64,000 nucleotides of DNA from Heptranchias perlo (taxonomy: Eukaryota): positions 16,988,001 through 17,052,000 of the forward strand of contig NC_090351.1 in assembly GCF_035084215.1 (NCBI RefSeq), read 5' to 3'. A program made the position numbers and the translations under genes. Of this stretch, positions 11,506-24,333 are shown piece by piece. The notes beneath the pieces are model-generated. The model saw only the letters and a program-made list of their open reading frames with translations. It ran no database searches and was not told where the DNA came from. Positions within the stretch are counted from its first letter, which is position 1. Every line of letters starts with the position of its first letter.

Positions 11506-11886
11506 TTACTGGGTTCCTCAAGTGTTTTAAACCTTTACTGAGCAGGATTTGGTCTTTATAATTTATAACACTGTGAATTAAAATGACAGACTATTGTAAG
11601 GAAGTATGAAGATAGATGGCAAACCAAATATATAATCAAATCAAGTTAGTCCAGTTTACTGTGTAAAATGATCCAGTGATAATACAGGTGTAGTACTAAA
11701 AATCTTATGTCTTGCTTACAGCGAGGCTCTGTGCCATAATCCGAGAGAACTATGTCCTTTATAGTGCTGGCTTCCAATGGGCAGGACAATGGATAATGTT
11801 TTAAAGGAAATAAATTTCGATTTATGTACACTCACAGTTTAAAAGCATACATTAAGATTCTGTGTCAACTGCACACCCCAGATAGC

Positions 11887-12225
11887 AACATAGGAACATA
11901 GGAACAGGAGTAGGCCATTCAGCCCCTCGTGCCTGCTCCGCCATTTGATAAGATCATGGCTGATCTGTGATCTAACTCCATATGCCCGCCTTTGGCCCAT
12001 TTCCCTGAATACCTTTGGTTGCCAAAAAGCTATCTATCTCAAATTTAAATTTAGCAATTGAGCTAGTATCAATTGCCGTTTGCGGAAGAGAGTTCCAAAC
12101 TTCTACCACCCTTTGTGTGTAGAAATGTTTTCTAATCTCGCTCCTGAAAGGTCTGGCTCTAATTTTTAGACTGTGCCCCCTACTCCTAGAATCCCCAACC
12201 AGCGGTAATAATTTCTCTCTATCCA
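11887..12225 (-). mobile_element. CR1 LINE 3' end
   Basis: Minus ORF DREKLLPLVGDSRSRGHSLKIRARPFRSEIRKHFYTQRVVEVWNSLP; (AACATAGG)n tail; same family as 7473-8866 and 18809-19103. Confidence 0.93.
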
Positions 12226-14197
12226 TGTGGCATATACTGGAGACACTGCATATTTTTGTTCTTGTTTTAGTTTAAGAAGTGTCCAGAACAGACAACAGGT
12301 AGAATTGAGTGGATGTTGCAAGGGAGATAGTGAGGGGTCGGTTGTAATGTAGGTGTAACGTAGGTGAGCAGAATGGAAGGAGCAGATTTGGTTACAGTTC
12401 TGCCTCCTGTTTATAGGTTTAGAGATACTGAAAATAATAAGATATATATCAGTGTATATATGTCAGTGGATTTTATTGTCTAAGGCAATTAATTTAATTT
12501 TTAAACAATATATTATTTAAAATGTGAGACGCCTATTTTGTTAATGAACCAAAATTCTGTGGAAAGTAATACTGTATAAAAGGTAGGGGATAAGGTGTGT
12601 CCTGTTCATGCACTGCAGAAAGTCAATGAAATGAATGTTACAAGGTGGATTTCTACATACACAACACTGCCTAATTTAGAATAAGAATGAACATATCTGT
12701 ATATATTTTTTGAAAGTCTTTGATTCTTTTAATTGTTGCTGTAAACCATTCCAAAATGTCAACGCAGAGAGTAAACTTCTACAATGAGCCAACAGTGCAA
12801 GATTCAGCACATTGCCTTTCAAACAAAGCTTCCTGCCTGTATTAGCGTGCCAGTGAAATCCATCCAAAGCAAAATTACATACAGGTGCCTGGTAAATTCC
12901 CCAGCTGTTTCCTTCACTAGTAGAGTATTTCCTCAGCATTTCTACTGAGATGATATAAATGATTATCTGGGGCAACATTAACACAAAAAAGATTGGCATG
13001 CTGCATCTCAGGTTCATCTTAGAAGTACATTGTGATCTGTGTGAACTTATTTTCACGGTATAAGATTATATTTTGGGATAGAGTGAGGCACGAATCATAA
13101 TGTGTGTTCAGTGGGTGGGGAAGGGACTGTACCAAATATGCTTGTTGTTTCCTTTGGATATTTGACCGTGTTACTACTTCCTTGGTCATTATGAACATTC
13201 CCCAAGGTCCTTAGCACTGCAGGGGAGGCCATGGGAAGGTCATCCTGCGTCCTTACTACAAAACCATTCAGCTATTCAAATTCCTCCAGTGCTGGTCCTC
13301 TGGGCAGCCAGCACTGTCAGTGTGGGGCTCTAACCTCTACACCGTTACAGTCAGTCATTCATCTCCTCTCCACAACAGACATCCAGATTAACAGTTTCAA
13401 AGTATAGCAAAAATTTAATAAGATATTGTCATAACAAATAAAATTATAATGTCATGATAATGTGATTTTATGAATTTAGCCCTCTATCTCATGATAGTGG
13501 ATGGAAATAAATAACATTTTTAAAATCGGTGATTTAAAGCAATTTGTAATATTAAAGGCCCACAGTTTTTTTCCAAAAGCATTTGATGAAGCTTTTCAGT
13601 TTGTATGTCAAACACTTGATCCAATTTGCAGCAAAACACATCATTGTATCATGAAAATATCACTTTGTACGATTTCACAAAAATAATTCAAGCATGTGAT
13701 TGTTCTCCCTCCTCGACCGTACCTTTTTAAATTGAAATTTTACTGCAGTCTAGAAGATGATCTGTATACAATGAGGATGGTCTTAATTGTTCACCCCCCC
13801 CTTTAATGAAATATTGTCAGTTGAAGCATTGATAAAACAGCAAGACCTTCCTGCTTAGCCTGTCACTTTTTTTTGAAGTGCAACAACACCACCTACTGGA
13901 AAAAATGTTATATGAGAAAACATTTTTGTTTCTGGCCATCTTAAAAAGTGATGGTGTCTAACTGCTACCCTTCTGATCCACTGTGAAAATGTGAATCAAA
14001 CTATCCCTGAATTTCTCCGAGAAAGACCGCTTTAGGTCAGCAATTTCCATTTGAATCCAGTGTGATTTTTATAATTCTCTGAACGTCAAATCCAGGGGAA
14101 ACCACCATGCAGTCTCCACGATGCACCTCACACAGTACCACCTGCAGTTTCTATTTATGTCCCTTTGAAGTGAATGGAGAGACTTGGCTAAAAGCCT

Positions 14198-14438
14198 CAC
14201 TCAGAGGGTGGTGAACCTGTGGAATTCTCTACCACAGAAGGCAGTGGAGGCCAAGTTATTAGATGTATTCAAGAAGGAGATAGATATATTTCTTAATGCT
14301 AAAGAGATCAAGGGATATGGGGAAAAAGCGGGAACAGAGTACTGAGTTAGACGATCAGCCATGATCATTTTGAATGGCGGAGCAGGCCCGAAAGGCCGAA
14401 TGGCCTACTCTTGCTCCTATTTTCTATGTTTCTATGTT
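14198..14438 (+). mobile_element. CR1 LINE 3' end (different subfamily)
   Basis: TQRVVNLWNSLPQKAVEA coding remnant, CR1 3'UTR GAATGGCGGAGCAGGC...GAATGGCCTACTC and (TTTCTATG)n tail. Confidence 0.88.
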
Positions 14439-14944
14439 TAAGCAGGGCTGCTGAATACAACACAATACTGCTGCAGTAACCCGACTAATCATTTACTTGC
14501 TAAAGATAAATCTGCTAATTAAGCTGTAATTACTTTCCAGAATTTTAAACCTGCCACATCTAATCTGTGGGTCATTTGTACACATGGGATTACTCACCTC
14601 CCCCCACCCCACCACCATGAATAAATAGAGAAGGTAAATTGATCAAACAAACTAAATCAGGTGATGTCAAAGTGTGATGTATCAAAGTAGTTTCAGCATG
14701 AAAATGTGGGCCTAATCTTCAAACAAGAGGTCAGTGGCAAATTGTGCTTGGTTAATGAATACATAGCAGATCCCAACTGCTGATGACTGACAAGTTTTTG
14801 CTATCAGTTGTATCTTTTTCAGAGAAGAACTAAGGTCTTGGCGATGGCAGTAACAACTGCTTGCCTTTATTGTAGGAAAGCATCCCAACTTCACAGTGAA
14901 GGGAAAGGATCAGCCATCGAGCCTTTGTGGGAGTGGGAGGAGAG

Positions 14945-15445
14945 ATGACCAAAAAACTTGGTCAAAGAAATAGGTTTTTAAAGGCAGGCAGGGAGGTGTT
15001 GAGATGAAGGGTTTAGGGATAGAGAGTAGTGCTGAAACACCTGAAAGCTTTGCCCCCAGGAGTGCAGTAGAGGAAGGGGGTCGAACAGTAGGCCAGAATC
15101 AGTGCACTGGAGAAGATGTAAGGTGATGGAGATAGGGTGGAACAAGACTGTGCAGAGATATGTAAATGTGGATATGGTTTTAAATCCAATGCAGTGGGTG
15201 ACAAGAAGCCATTGTACATTAGCAAGGACAGTAGTGATGAGAATTTGGGAGGTGAAGTTTTGAACCATTTAGAGATCATGAAGGGTGGAGGTTGGGAGAT
15301 GCCAAGCAAGTCGCTAGAGAAACTATGTCTAGACAAGTGGATAAGGGTTTTGGCCGGAGGGAGGGAAATGTTGTGAAGTGAAAATAAACAGTATCGATGA
15401 TGGATAGGAAATGAGGTTTGAAGTTCAGCTCTGGGTCAAACACTG
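14945..15445 (-). mobile_element. Degenerate L2 LINE 3' fragment
   Basis: Diverged similarity to 6409-7148 (ACCAAAAAACTTGGTCAAAGAAATAGG, AGGGTTTAGGGATAGAG). Confidence 0.6.
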
Positions 15446-15570
15446 CAAGGATTTTGGGACAGTGTTAAATATAAGTTGAAAGCTATCGGAGTTTGGTCCA
15501 ATTAGAACCAGCTACTATTTTTGTATTTCAACAGCCTTCAATACATCATTATTATAACATATAACACAAC

Positions 15571-15724
15571 AGCCAAGAATTTCCTCAGAGCTGCTCCTGC
15601 TCTGCCACCATAACTTTGCCAGGAGTGTGGCAAAAACCCCATTAAGGGACATAATGAGATTTCCGCTGCTGTTCCGACAAAGTTACTGTGACAGAGTGGG
15701 AGAAGTTCGAGGAAATTCCTGATC
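15571..15724. mobile_element. Short palindromic MITE
   Basis: Imperfect arms GAATTTCCTCAGAGCTGCTCCTGCTCTGCCACCATAACTTTG vs CAAAGTTACTGTGACAGAGTGGGAGAAGTTCGAGGAAATTC. Confidence 0.65.
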
Positions 15725-16006
15725 AGACCCACAGATAAAGCTGCAATCCCCGACAAAACGCCCTCTTGTGGTAATAAGGTGGTAATACATCTTCTAATAC
15801 GTCCAACGTACATTAACTCTTTAAAGGTCCATTGTCTTTGTTTTTTTTGGGAGAATACACATCGACTGTAAAGAGTGAGAGAAAAGTGAAAATGTTCTGA
15901 TTTCTGTTATTATTCATATAAATAGTGTGAACTGATCACATTGATGTGCAGTTGACAGACTTGAGTTATACTGGCAGCTGTACCTTGTTGCAGATATTAC
16001 TGACCC

Positions 16007-17614
16007 AGAATCATAGAATTGTAGAAAGGTTACAGCACGGAAGGAGGCCATTCAGCCCATCGAGTCTGTGCCAGTTCTACGCAAGAGCAATCCAGCTAGT
16101 TCCAATACCCCGCCCTATCCTCATTGCCCTGCAAATCTTTTCCTTTCAAGTACTTATCGATTTCCCTTTTGACGGCCATGATTGAATCTGCCTCCACCAC
16201 CTTCAGGCAGTGCATTCCAGATCCTAACCACTTGCTGTGTAAAAAAGATTTTCCTCATGTCACCTTTGGTTCTTTTGCCAATCACCTTAAATCTACGTCC
16301 TTGGGTTCTTGACCCTTCTGTCAATGGGAACAGTTTCTCTCTTCTACTCTGTTTTGACCCTTCATGATTTTGAATACCTCTATCAAATCTCCTCACAACC
16401 TTCTCTATTCCAAGGAGAACAACCCCAGCTTCTCCAGTCTATCCACGTAACTAAAGTCCCTCATCCCTGGAATCATTTTAGTAAATCTCTTCTGCACCCT
16501 CTCTAAGGCCTTCACATCCTTCCTAAAGTGTGGTGCCCAGATGTGGACACAATACTCTTGTGGCTACAAGAGCAGGTCAGAGGCTGGGTTTTCTGCGGCG
16601 AGTGACTCACCTCCTGACTCCCCAAAGCCTTTCCACCATCTACAAGGCACAAGTCAGGAGTGTGATGGAATACTCTCCACTTGCCTGGATGAGTGCAGCT
16701 CCAACAACACTCAAGAAGCTCAACACCATCCAGGACAAAGCAGCCTGCTTGATTGGCACCCCATCCACCACCCTAAACTGTGGCTGCAGTGTGTACCATC
16801 CACAGGATGCACTGCAGCAACTCGCCATGGCTTCTTCGACAGCGCCTCCCAAACCCACGACCTTTACCACCTAGAAGGATAAGAGCAGCAGGCACATGGG
16901 AACACCACCACCTGCACGTTCCCCTCCAAGTCACACACCATCCTGACTTGGAAATATATCGCCGTTCCTTCATCGTCGATGGGTCAAAATCCTGGAACTC
17001 CCTTCCTAACAGCACTGTGGGAGAACCTTCACCACATGGACTGCAGTGGTTCAAGAAGGCGGCTCACCACCACCTTCTCAAGGGTAATTAGGGATGGGCA
17101 ATAAATGCTGGCCTCGCCAACGACGCCCACATCCCATGAACGAATAAAAAAAAAGTTGTGGCTGAACCAGTGTTTTATAAAGGTTCATCATGACTTCCTT
17201 GCTTTTGCACTCTATGCCTCTATTTATAAAGCCCAGAGTCCCGTATGCTTTTTTGACCACTTTCTCAACCTGCCCTGCCACCTTCAACAATTTGTGTACA
17301 TATACCGCCGATCTCTCTGTACCCCTTTAAAATTGTGCCCTTCAGTTTATATTGCCTCTCCTCATTCTTCCTACTGAAATGTAATACCTCGGATTTTTCT
17401 GTGTTAAATTTCATCTGCCATGTGTCTGCCGATGCCACCAGTCCATCTATATCCTCTTGAAGTCTATCACTATCCTCCTCACTGATCACTACACTTCCAA
17501 GTTTTGTGTCATCTGCAAATTTGGAAATTCCCTGTACACCCAAATCCAAGTCATTAATATATATCAAGAAAAGCTGTGGTCCTAGCACTGACCCCTGGGG
17601 AACACTACTGTACA
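16007..17614 (-). mobile_element. CR1 LINE 3' portion, split by a nested LINE
   Basis: Minus ORFs VPQGSVLGPQLFLIYINDLD..KFADDTKLG and KKAYGTLGFINRG..YKTLVQPQL; (AGAATCAT) tail at 16007; same subfamily as 52495-53463. Confidence 0.92.
16566..17154 (+). mobile_element. Poly(A)-tailed non-LTR retrotransposon 3' end (CR1-group, family unassigned) nested in CR1
   Basis: YKAQVRSVMEYSPLAWMSAAPTTLKKL..QDKAA; ends GAACGAATAAAAAAAAA; TTGTGGCT duplicated at 16558-16565 and 17156-17163. Confidence 0.92.
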
Positions 17615-17799
17615 CGTCCGTCCAGATCTCAGCAACAAAATAGCACAGCACATGCAAGCTTGACGCACAAACAGAGCTCTGCTTTCCATGCAGCTAATTT
17701 TTAATGTAAGTGAGAATGGCAGAAATGTTACTTTACTCAAAATGTTAACAAGAGTCAAAAGTATGTTTCTAAAATGTCAAGGACATCCAATGGTCACTT

Positions 17800-18066
17800 T
17801 TAATTTCCTTCACCCCACCATTGACGGCCGTGCCTTCAGCTGTCTAGGCCCTAAGCTATGGAATTCCTTCCCTAAACCCTTTAGTCTCTCTACCTCTCTC
17901 TCTCCCCCTTTAAGGCGCTCCTTAAAACCTCTTTGACCAAGCTTTTGGTCGCCTGTCCTAATATCCCCATGTGGCTTGGTGTCAAATTCTGTCTGGTAAT
18001 GCTCCTGTGAAGTGACTTGGGAAGTTTTATGACGTTAAAGGTGCTATATAAATGCAAGTTGTTGTC
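17800..18066 (+). mobile_element. L2 LINE 3' end
   Basis: PTIDGRAFSCLGPKLWNSFP remnant and tail GGTGCTATATAAATGCAAGTTGTTG. Confidence 0.88.
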
Positions 18067-18279
18067 GTTAAATGTAACTTTGTACCTGGCTGGATTTATA
18101 CTACAGCCAATGCTAAGGCCAAATAATATACTACCAAATAGAAGTGACCTCACAACCCCTCCTTCAGTGCGCTCAGGAGTCCAATTGGTGACTTAACCCA
18201 TCAGCTATACTGTCACTTACTCATTGGTGCAAGAGTGATGGCATAATGCCAGTCTGAGAATACAGTTTCAGTCACTACA

Positions 18280-18505
18280 CCACTTGCATTAGAAAGGACA
18301 CAGAAAAGAGCAGCAAGACTGATCCTAAATGTAAAGAGGATGAGCTATGTGAAAGATTAGAGAAGCTTATGCTTATCAGTAAGGTAAACCCAGAACATTA
18401 TTTCAAAGTAAGCTAAGAGAATCGGATTACAGGATATAAATGGAAATTAGTGAAAGGTAAACTTAGGACAGATATGAGAAAAAAAATCTTTACTCAGAGT
18501 GATAA
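18280..18505 (+). mobile_element. Highly degenerate CR1 fragment
   Basis: Remnants of LERxQKRAxRLI, MSY..RLEKL and GHKWKLVKGK.R.D.RK.FFTQRV. Confidence 0.5.
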
Positions 18506-18808
18506 ATAGGATTAGTGATTTACAGAATGTGAACCAATGAGTAATTATGAACCCTTTGGGCTCCATACAGCTTTGGTACACTTTTAAAACAAAGGTGACT
18601 TCAAAAACATGGGTGTAAACAGGGGCTACAAAAAGACATCACGAGAACATAAACAGATGGGAACTGGAAGTCACATTGCTGTGTGAGTTACTGGACTGTA
18701 CGTGAGAGGAGGTGGATTCATATCAAACGTTCACCTGATTTCATGATTACTCATTCTATTGTATTTGACCATTTCAAACTTACATCAACTTTACAAAGCA
18801 GGGAAATA

Positions 18809-19103
18809 ACATAGGAACATAGGAACAGGAGTAGGCCATTCAGCCCCTCGTGCCTGCTCCGCCATTTGATAAGATCATGGCTGATCTGTGATCTCACTCC
18901 ATATACCTGCCTTTGGCCCATATCCCTTAATAACTTTGGTTGCCAAAAAGCTATCTATCTCAGATTTAAATTTAGCAATTGAGCTCGTATCAATTGCCGT
19001 TTGCAGGAGAGAGTTCCAAACTTCTACAACCCTTTGTGTGTAGAAATGTTTTCTAATCTCGCTCCTGAAAGGTCTGGCTCTAATTTTTAGACTGTGCCCC
19101 CTA
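18809..19103 (-). mobile_element. CR1 LINE 3' end
   Basis: Near-identical to 11887-12183; (AACATAGG)n tail. Confidence 0.93.
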
Positions 19104-19396
19104 CAGCAGTGCAATTTCTGTATGGAGGACACTACAGTTGTGGTGTTCGTTTTCTTACTGTTGTAAACATAATAAAAATAGGTGAACATTTAAGGGGTTA
19201 TTCAACATATAATTAAAACAGGTCAGCTTTAGACAGCAAAATTGGGTAATATGAAATAAAGCTCAATAATTTCTGGGCCAAATCCACACTTTTACTAAGG
19301 ACTGCAATTTCCACATGTTTCACTAAAAAAAGGGGCAAGTGCTTTTATTCATTGATTTTACTCCTGGTCAAATTGAAGAAGGCACCTGAATTTGTT

Positions 19397-19660
19397 ATAA
19401 AAGCAGAAAATGCTGGAGAAGCTCAGCAAGTCAGGCCGCATCTGTGGAGAACTAAACAGAGTTAACATTTCAGTTCGAAGACCTTTTATCAGAACTGGAA
19501 GATGTTAAAAGAGTTAAAGTTTTTGAGAAAGTAGAGAGCCAGGGAAAGGGCGGGGAAGGAGGGAAGAGGAGGAAAGAACAAAACGGAAGGTCTGTGATAG
19601 GGTAGAGGGCATGAGTGATTAAATGACAAAAGGGATGATGGTGCAAGGCAAGGAAGGCGG
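19397..19660 (-). mobile_element. Penelope-like element terminal fragment with degenerate hammerhead motif
   Basis: Minus strand 19495-19461 reads AGTT CTGATAA AAGGTC TTC GAACT GAAA TGTTAAC (G8 mutated), followed by GCATTTTCTGCTTTTAT, the end I recognise from shark Penelope-type repeats. Confidence 0.65.
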
Positions 19661-21123
19661 TGTCCCATTTCAGTTTTTTTGCAGGAGGAAGAGGATCAAC
19701 TGAGGGAAGTCAGACAGGCCGCTAAATCAGAAGTTGTTCTGTGCCCACTGCCAGTAGATGACCACCAACAGATGTGCACGTAGCTCACTCTGGCAGATGA
19801 TCAGTGCACACGGAGCCTCCTATTCACAAATTGAAGCCAGAAACGCAGGCCAAATGGCATAGATAAGATGTGTAAATGCCTGAGTAACTGTTATCCTTGA
19901 TTCATCCTTAGAAACAGCCTATCACATAAGTCATGCTTTCAGTGGTGTCAGGGTGAACAGCCAACATGGTCTGATGGTCTGATCGACCATGCCCATGATG
20001 CCACCACTCATTTTTGCGGGCATTGCTACACCCACCTGGCAACAACTGTAAGAAACTACCTTCACAAGGATTGGGTCAATAAAGAGCCAGATACAGATCT
20101 GTGCCATCTGTTTTAATGGCATCTGCTACTATCATTCATCATAAGGCTGGCACAGCCAGTGGCAATACCAGTCAGCTGTGGCATCATGCTTACCTCTACT
20201 TCCTTGTTGGCATGCTGCAATGCTGACTTATAGGGATAATGACAAACAGCATTACCCTCCTTGTAACCATCTTCAGCTCAGCAGTCATCAAACAGGGGGT
20301 TTGGTGTTGTGCTGCTCCAGCAAACTGCTCCTCAGACTCATGCCTACCCTTTGTCTTTCCTGTCACTCTTAGCCCTCTCCCCATTCAGCCTTCGCAAAGA
20401 CTGTCAATTGATTGAGATGCCTTTAAGTTTGTCCAAAGACTGTAATAATTTATGTCCACCTACTATGCTACTTCCCTTTAATCATATGCATCCCTTTAAG
20501 TTTCACCTTGCATGCCATTTTCTGCTCCTACCAGTAGTGTGCACCCTGTATCTGTCTCAATCTGCACCTGAGCTGTTAATAATTATGCAAATGGAACCCC
20601 GGAGAATTGACTTATTATAATATGGATACTGTGGTGAGATTTGTACTTATTAACTATTTTGAACTGACTTTCACCAGTAGATAAAAATCAGCCCCAATCA
20701 ATAGAATTAGTGCACCTCATAAAAGGACCCCAAAAAAGCAAAATTCTTAGGGCATTATTCTTTGAATCAAGGATGATTTCTGCCTTTCTAGGCCATATGT
20801 AGGTAAGACATTTGAAGAAATTACATGTAATTGCTGAATTTAGGATTGATCCAACAGATAAGGGAAACTGTGCACAGCTCCTTACCAGTGGGATGAATAT
20901 TTCTGTTAGTATATAAATAAATATGCATGTGTATGCTTTTTGCGCTGCTACCATCTGATTTGGATATGTTTAAGATTCTCTGAGGTGACGTTCATTGGGT
21001 GTAAAGCTTCCATGTGTGAAATCACCTAAGAGGGCACTAATGTTGTAATTAGGCCTATTATCACAAAAATCATAGAGAGGAAATTACTGTTGGCAATAAC
21101 AGCAGATGAACACTGAACACATT

Positions 21124-21202
21124 CTCTGTCTGCTATTTTAATGGAGGTGTTATCCCATTTAAAATGAATGGGTTCACACATCTGTTAAAATAGCAGACAG
21201 AG
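21124..21202. repeat. Inverted repeat/hairpin, core of a palindromic MITE
   Basis: Perfect 18-bp arms CTCTGTCTGCTATTTTAA / TTAAAATAGCAGACAGAG with inner CCCATT...AATGGG pairing. Confidence 0.85.
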
Positions 21203-21681
21203 GAACGTCAAGCCTTCGCCCACTAACACTGACATTTGGATATTATTAAATATTTTAATAATTTATCAAAAAACTGGTTCAACTTTTAACCTTTAAGACA
21301 TATTTGGGATTGTAACTAAAAACATGTCTCCTGCTTTACTCGTGCCTGGTAAAGGTGCAGTCGTTATTTTCAAAAATAAAAAGTTTTGAATTTTAATGAT
21401 TCATAGAAGTAGAAGTTCTAAGTAACTCCATGATTTAAATAAATTGTTCTTGGAGCACTGCGTCTGCAGGAACAGCAGATTCTATCCTCAACACAGTTCT
21501 ATCCTGAACAAAGGTCGATTTTAACCCTGCTTGCCTGGCGGAAACCGGGCAGGTGGGCAGTTAAAAACTAAATTAATTACCCGCTCAGACCTCGACACTT
21601 CACTGCCGGCTCTGATATTAACCTGAAGGGTTCTGCGGGTGATTGAGGCGCCTGTCTAAAGCAGACGGATTTTGCAAATCA

Positions 21682-22038
21682 TAGTCCAGTGCAGTACTGA
21701 GGGCATGCTGCACTGCTGGAGGTGCCATTTTTCGGATGAGACGTTAAACTGAGGCCTGTCTGAGGTGGACATAAAAGATCCCATGACACCATTTGAAGAA
21801 GAGCAGGGGAATTGTCCATGGTGTCCTCGGCCAATATTTAGTCTTCAACCAATATCACTAAACAAAACAAATTATCGCATTGCTGTTTGTGGGACCTTGC
21901 TGTGCGCAAATTGGCTGCCGCGTTTCCCACATTATGACAGTGACTACATTTCAAAAGTACTTAATTGGCTGTAAAGCACTTTGGGATGTCCTGAGGTCGT
22001 GAAAGGCGCTATATAAATGCAAGTCTTTCTTTTCTTTT
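21682..22038 (+). mobile_element. DeuSINE (SacSINE1/AmnSINE1-related), head missing, inserted in a MITE-like sequence (~21512-22090)
   Basis: Deu-domain-type sequence GCTGCACTGCTGGAGGTGCC..TTTCGGATGAGACGTTAAAC.GAGG..AAAGATCCCATG.CAC.ATTTGAAGAAGAGCAGGGG; L2-like tail GAAAGGCGCTATATAAATGCAAGTC. Confidence 0.8.
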
Positions 22039-24333
22039 ATGGTCCTATCATGTCAATAGGACCACAATGGCATTTTAACCGGGGTCTGAGCAAATAAACT
22101 GCTGCTTCCCCCTTATGGTCCCTTCTGTGCTGTAAATGTTATGATTCTTGGGATGATGTAAAGTGATGGCATATAGAAAAATATACATTTACTTCACAGT
22201 TTGTGTAACCTCATTGGCAGTATAGGTAATTAAACTGAATAAAATAAAAAGCATCAAAAAAGTACAAGGAATAAAAACACTGGACTCATTGGTTTGTGTA
22301 GACTCTAATAAATTCTTCTGACATTTGTACTTTTTACACTAGGAGGCAGCACTGTCACATTATAAAGCACCCCCTGTAACTAGAGTTACAGGGTTATTGT
22401 ATCAAAATATGAACCATAAATACTTATTTGGAATAACTTATTAATGAAATCCAATAAACATAGTTTGAATCAGTAACAGTTCATGTCAATTTTATGCAAC
22501 TCTCCATATTCAGTGCTATTTGCACAGCAAAAAGTACTGAGGTAAAAGTCAGTCATTTTTGGCAGGTAAGTAAAATCTATCGCCCTGATTTTAACACAGC
22601 CCACACGGCAGGAACGTAGCGGACGGGGAGGGGCGGGGAGGGGTGGTGGTTATTAAGGATGTTGGGCAGGCAGAAGCCACAGCATTCCCGCACCTCCAAC
22701 AGTTTAACTGCCGGGATTCCGGCAGCATGGTGACCGCCCGCCTAATTAAAATGTGAATGGTGGGGCCCCATGATATCATCAGAGCTGTGTTGGGATTTTA
22801 CCTTAAAATCGCACAGCACCAAACCTGCCAGCAAAACCTGGTGGGAGGCAGCAGAGTGGCCAGAGGAGGTCAATTGTTGATATTTGGAAGATATGAACAT
22901 ATCCATTCATTGGCCTGTAAGATCTAAGTCATCACACCAAATCAAGCTAATTATATAACTAATACCACAATTATAGTAACTAAAGGTATATAGCGCCATT
23001 TACAGCTAGCAGAACCTAATTTATGTTGGGGGCTCCAGATCATACTCTGGGCAGTGAGAAAGCACTGCTCGTGTGGTACATTTTGAGATCACAGCTGAGA
23101 CTGCCTGCTTTTTCAAAACATTGAAAGCATTTAATGAAAAATTCTGCTAATGTCTATAAAGTGCTCACAAAGGCAAACTTTAAGCTTTTTTTAAGCCTGG
23201 CTGGAGACTGCACCGTCAAGCCAGGCGAAGAGAGACAGCTTCACAGAGGAAATCTTACCCCCAATATATTCCAGGGCCCCAGATTTGGCTCTGACTCTAA
23301 AGTTATACTATCACTTTTTTACCATTGCAATGAAGGAGCAACTTCACAGCAGCATAAAAATGACAGTATAACTGGACCTAACCCTTTTCTTACAGTTATA
23401 ATAGTCAGAAGAGTGGATCCTCCTCAGACTAGCCTAAAGTAGGAATGTCATACAGATGTGCAAAAAGTTCCCACTATCTATCAAAACACTAACCCTTTTG
23501 ATACCCCAGATGTTCCATCCTTCTCCATGGGAAGTGTCTGGTCTTTGCCTTGTGTCTTTTCTTAATTATACGGTAAAACCTCAGAATGTACAGGTGTGAA
23601 GCAACATCCTGCCTGCCTTTCTGTGCTGCAGTACACTCATATCCCACTATGCTGTGTCACAATACTGCCCATAGAGGGAGGGTTTCTACTATTTTCAACC
23701 TTAAACAAGTTAGCTCTTGCTGTGGAGCGTTGTGGTCTGTAGCGTGTTCTATCCATGTCCTGCTCCACTATCGCCCCTGTCCTTAACATTCTCCATTGGC
23801 CCCATCCCCCAATGAACTTAATTCAAAATCCTTGTCCTCATTAACAAATCCCTCCATGGCCTTTCCTCTCCCTATCCCTGCCACCACTTCCAGTCCTACA
23901 TGTCAGCATAAGATGAAAAAAAGCTCATGGCCTCCTCACACCTGATACTAGAGATGATGACGGGGGGCAGAGAAAGGAAGTCAGAGGAGGCAATTCGTTA
24001 TTGAGAAGAGGAATTTGGGATTGTCTTTTTCCTCCAGGATAATCCTGGAGCAGTAGAAGGATTAAAGCAAACTTTAATGACATATTTCTAAAGATAAATA
24101 AGGTACAATTACATAGTTTTAAATTTTCGGAAAATATGTTGTGGTCGGTTATTTACCAGTTTCGCTTTGCGGAAGTGGTTAATGCATCATTAAAAATATT
24201 TCATTGTTGAGATAATGCAGTTGCAACAAAAGTTGGTCATGGTATGTTAACAAAGAATATTTATTTCTAGCAGAAGGAAAATCATATTTGGTCTAGCATC
24301 ATAAATTACAAGGGGGCAAAAAAACCACAGACA

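Noticed and set aside
12676-13056. 126-aa minus ORF with hydrophobic stretch and internal GTATGT donor-like site
   Set aside because: No family motif and no partner exons found.
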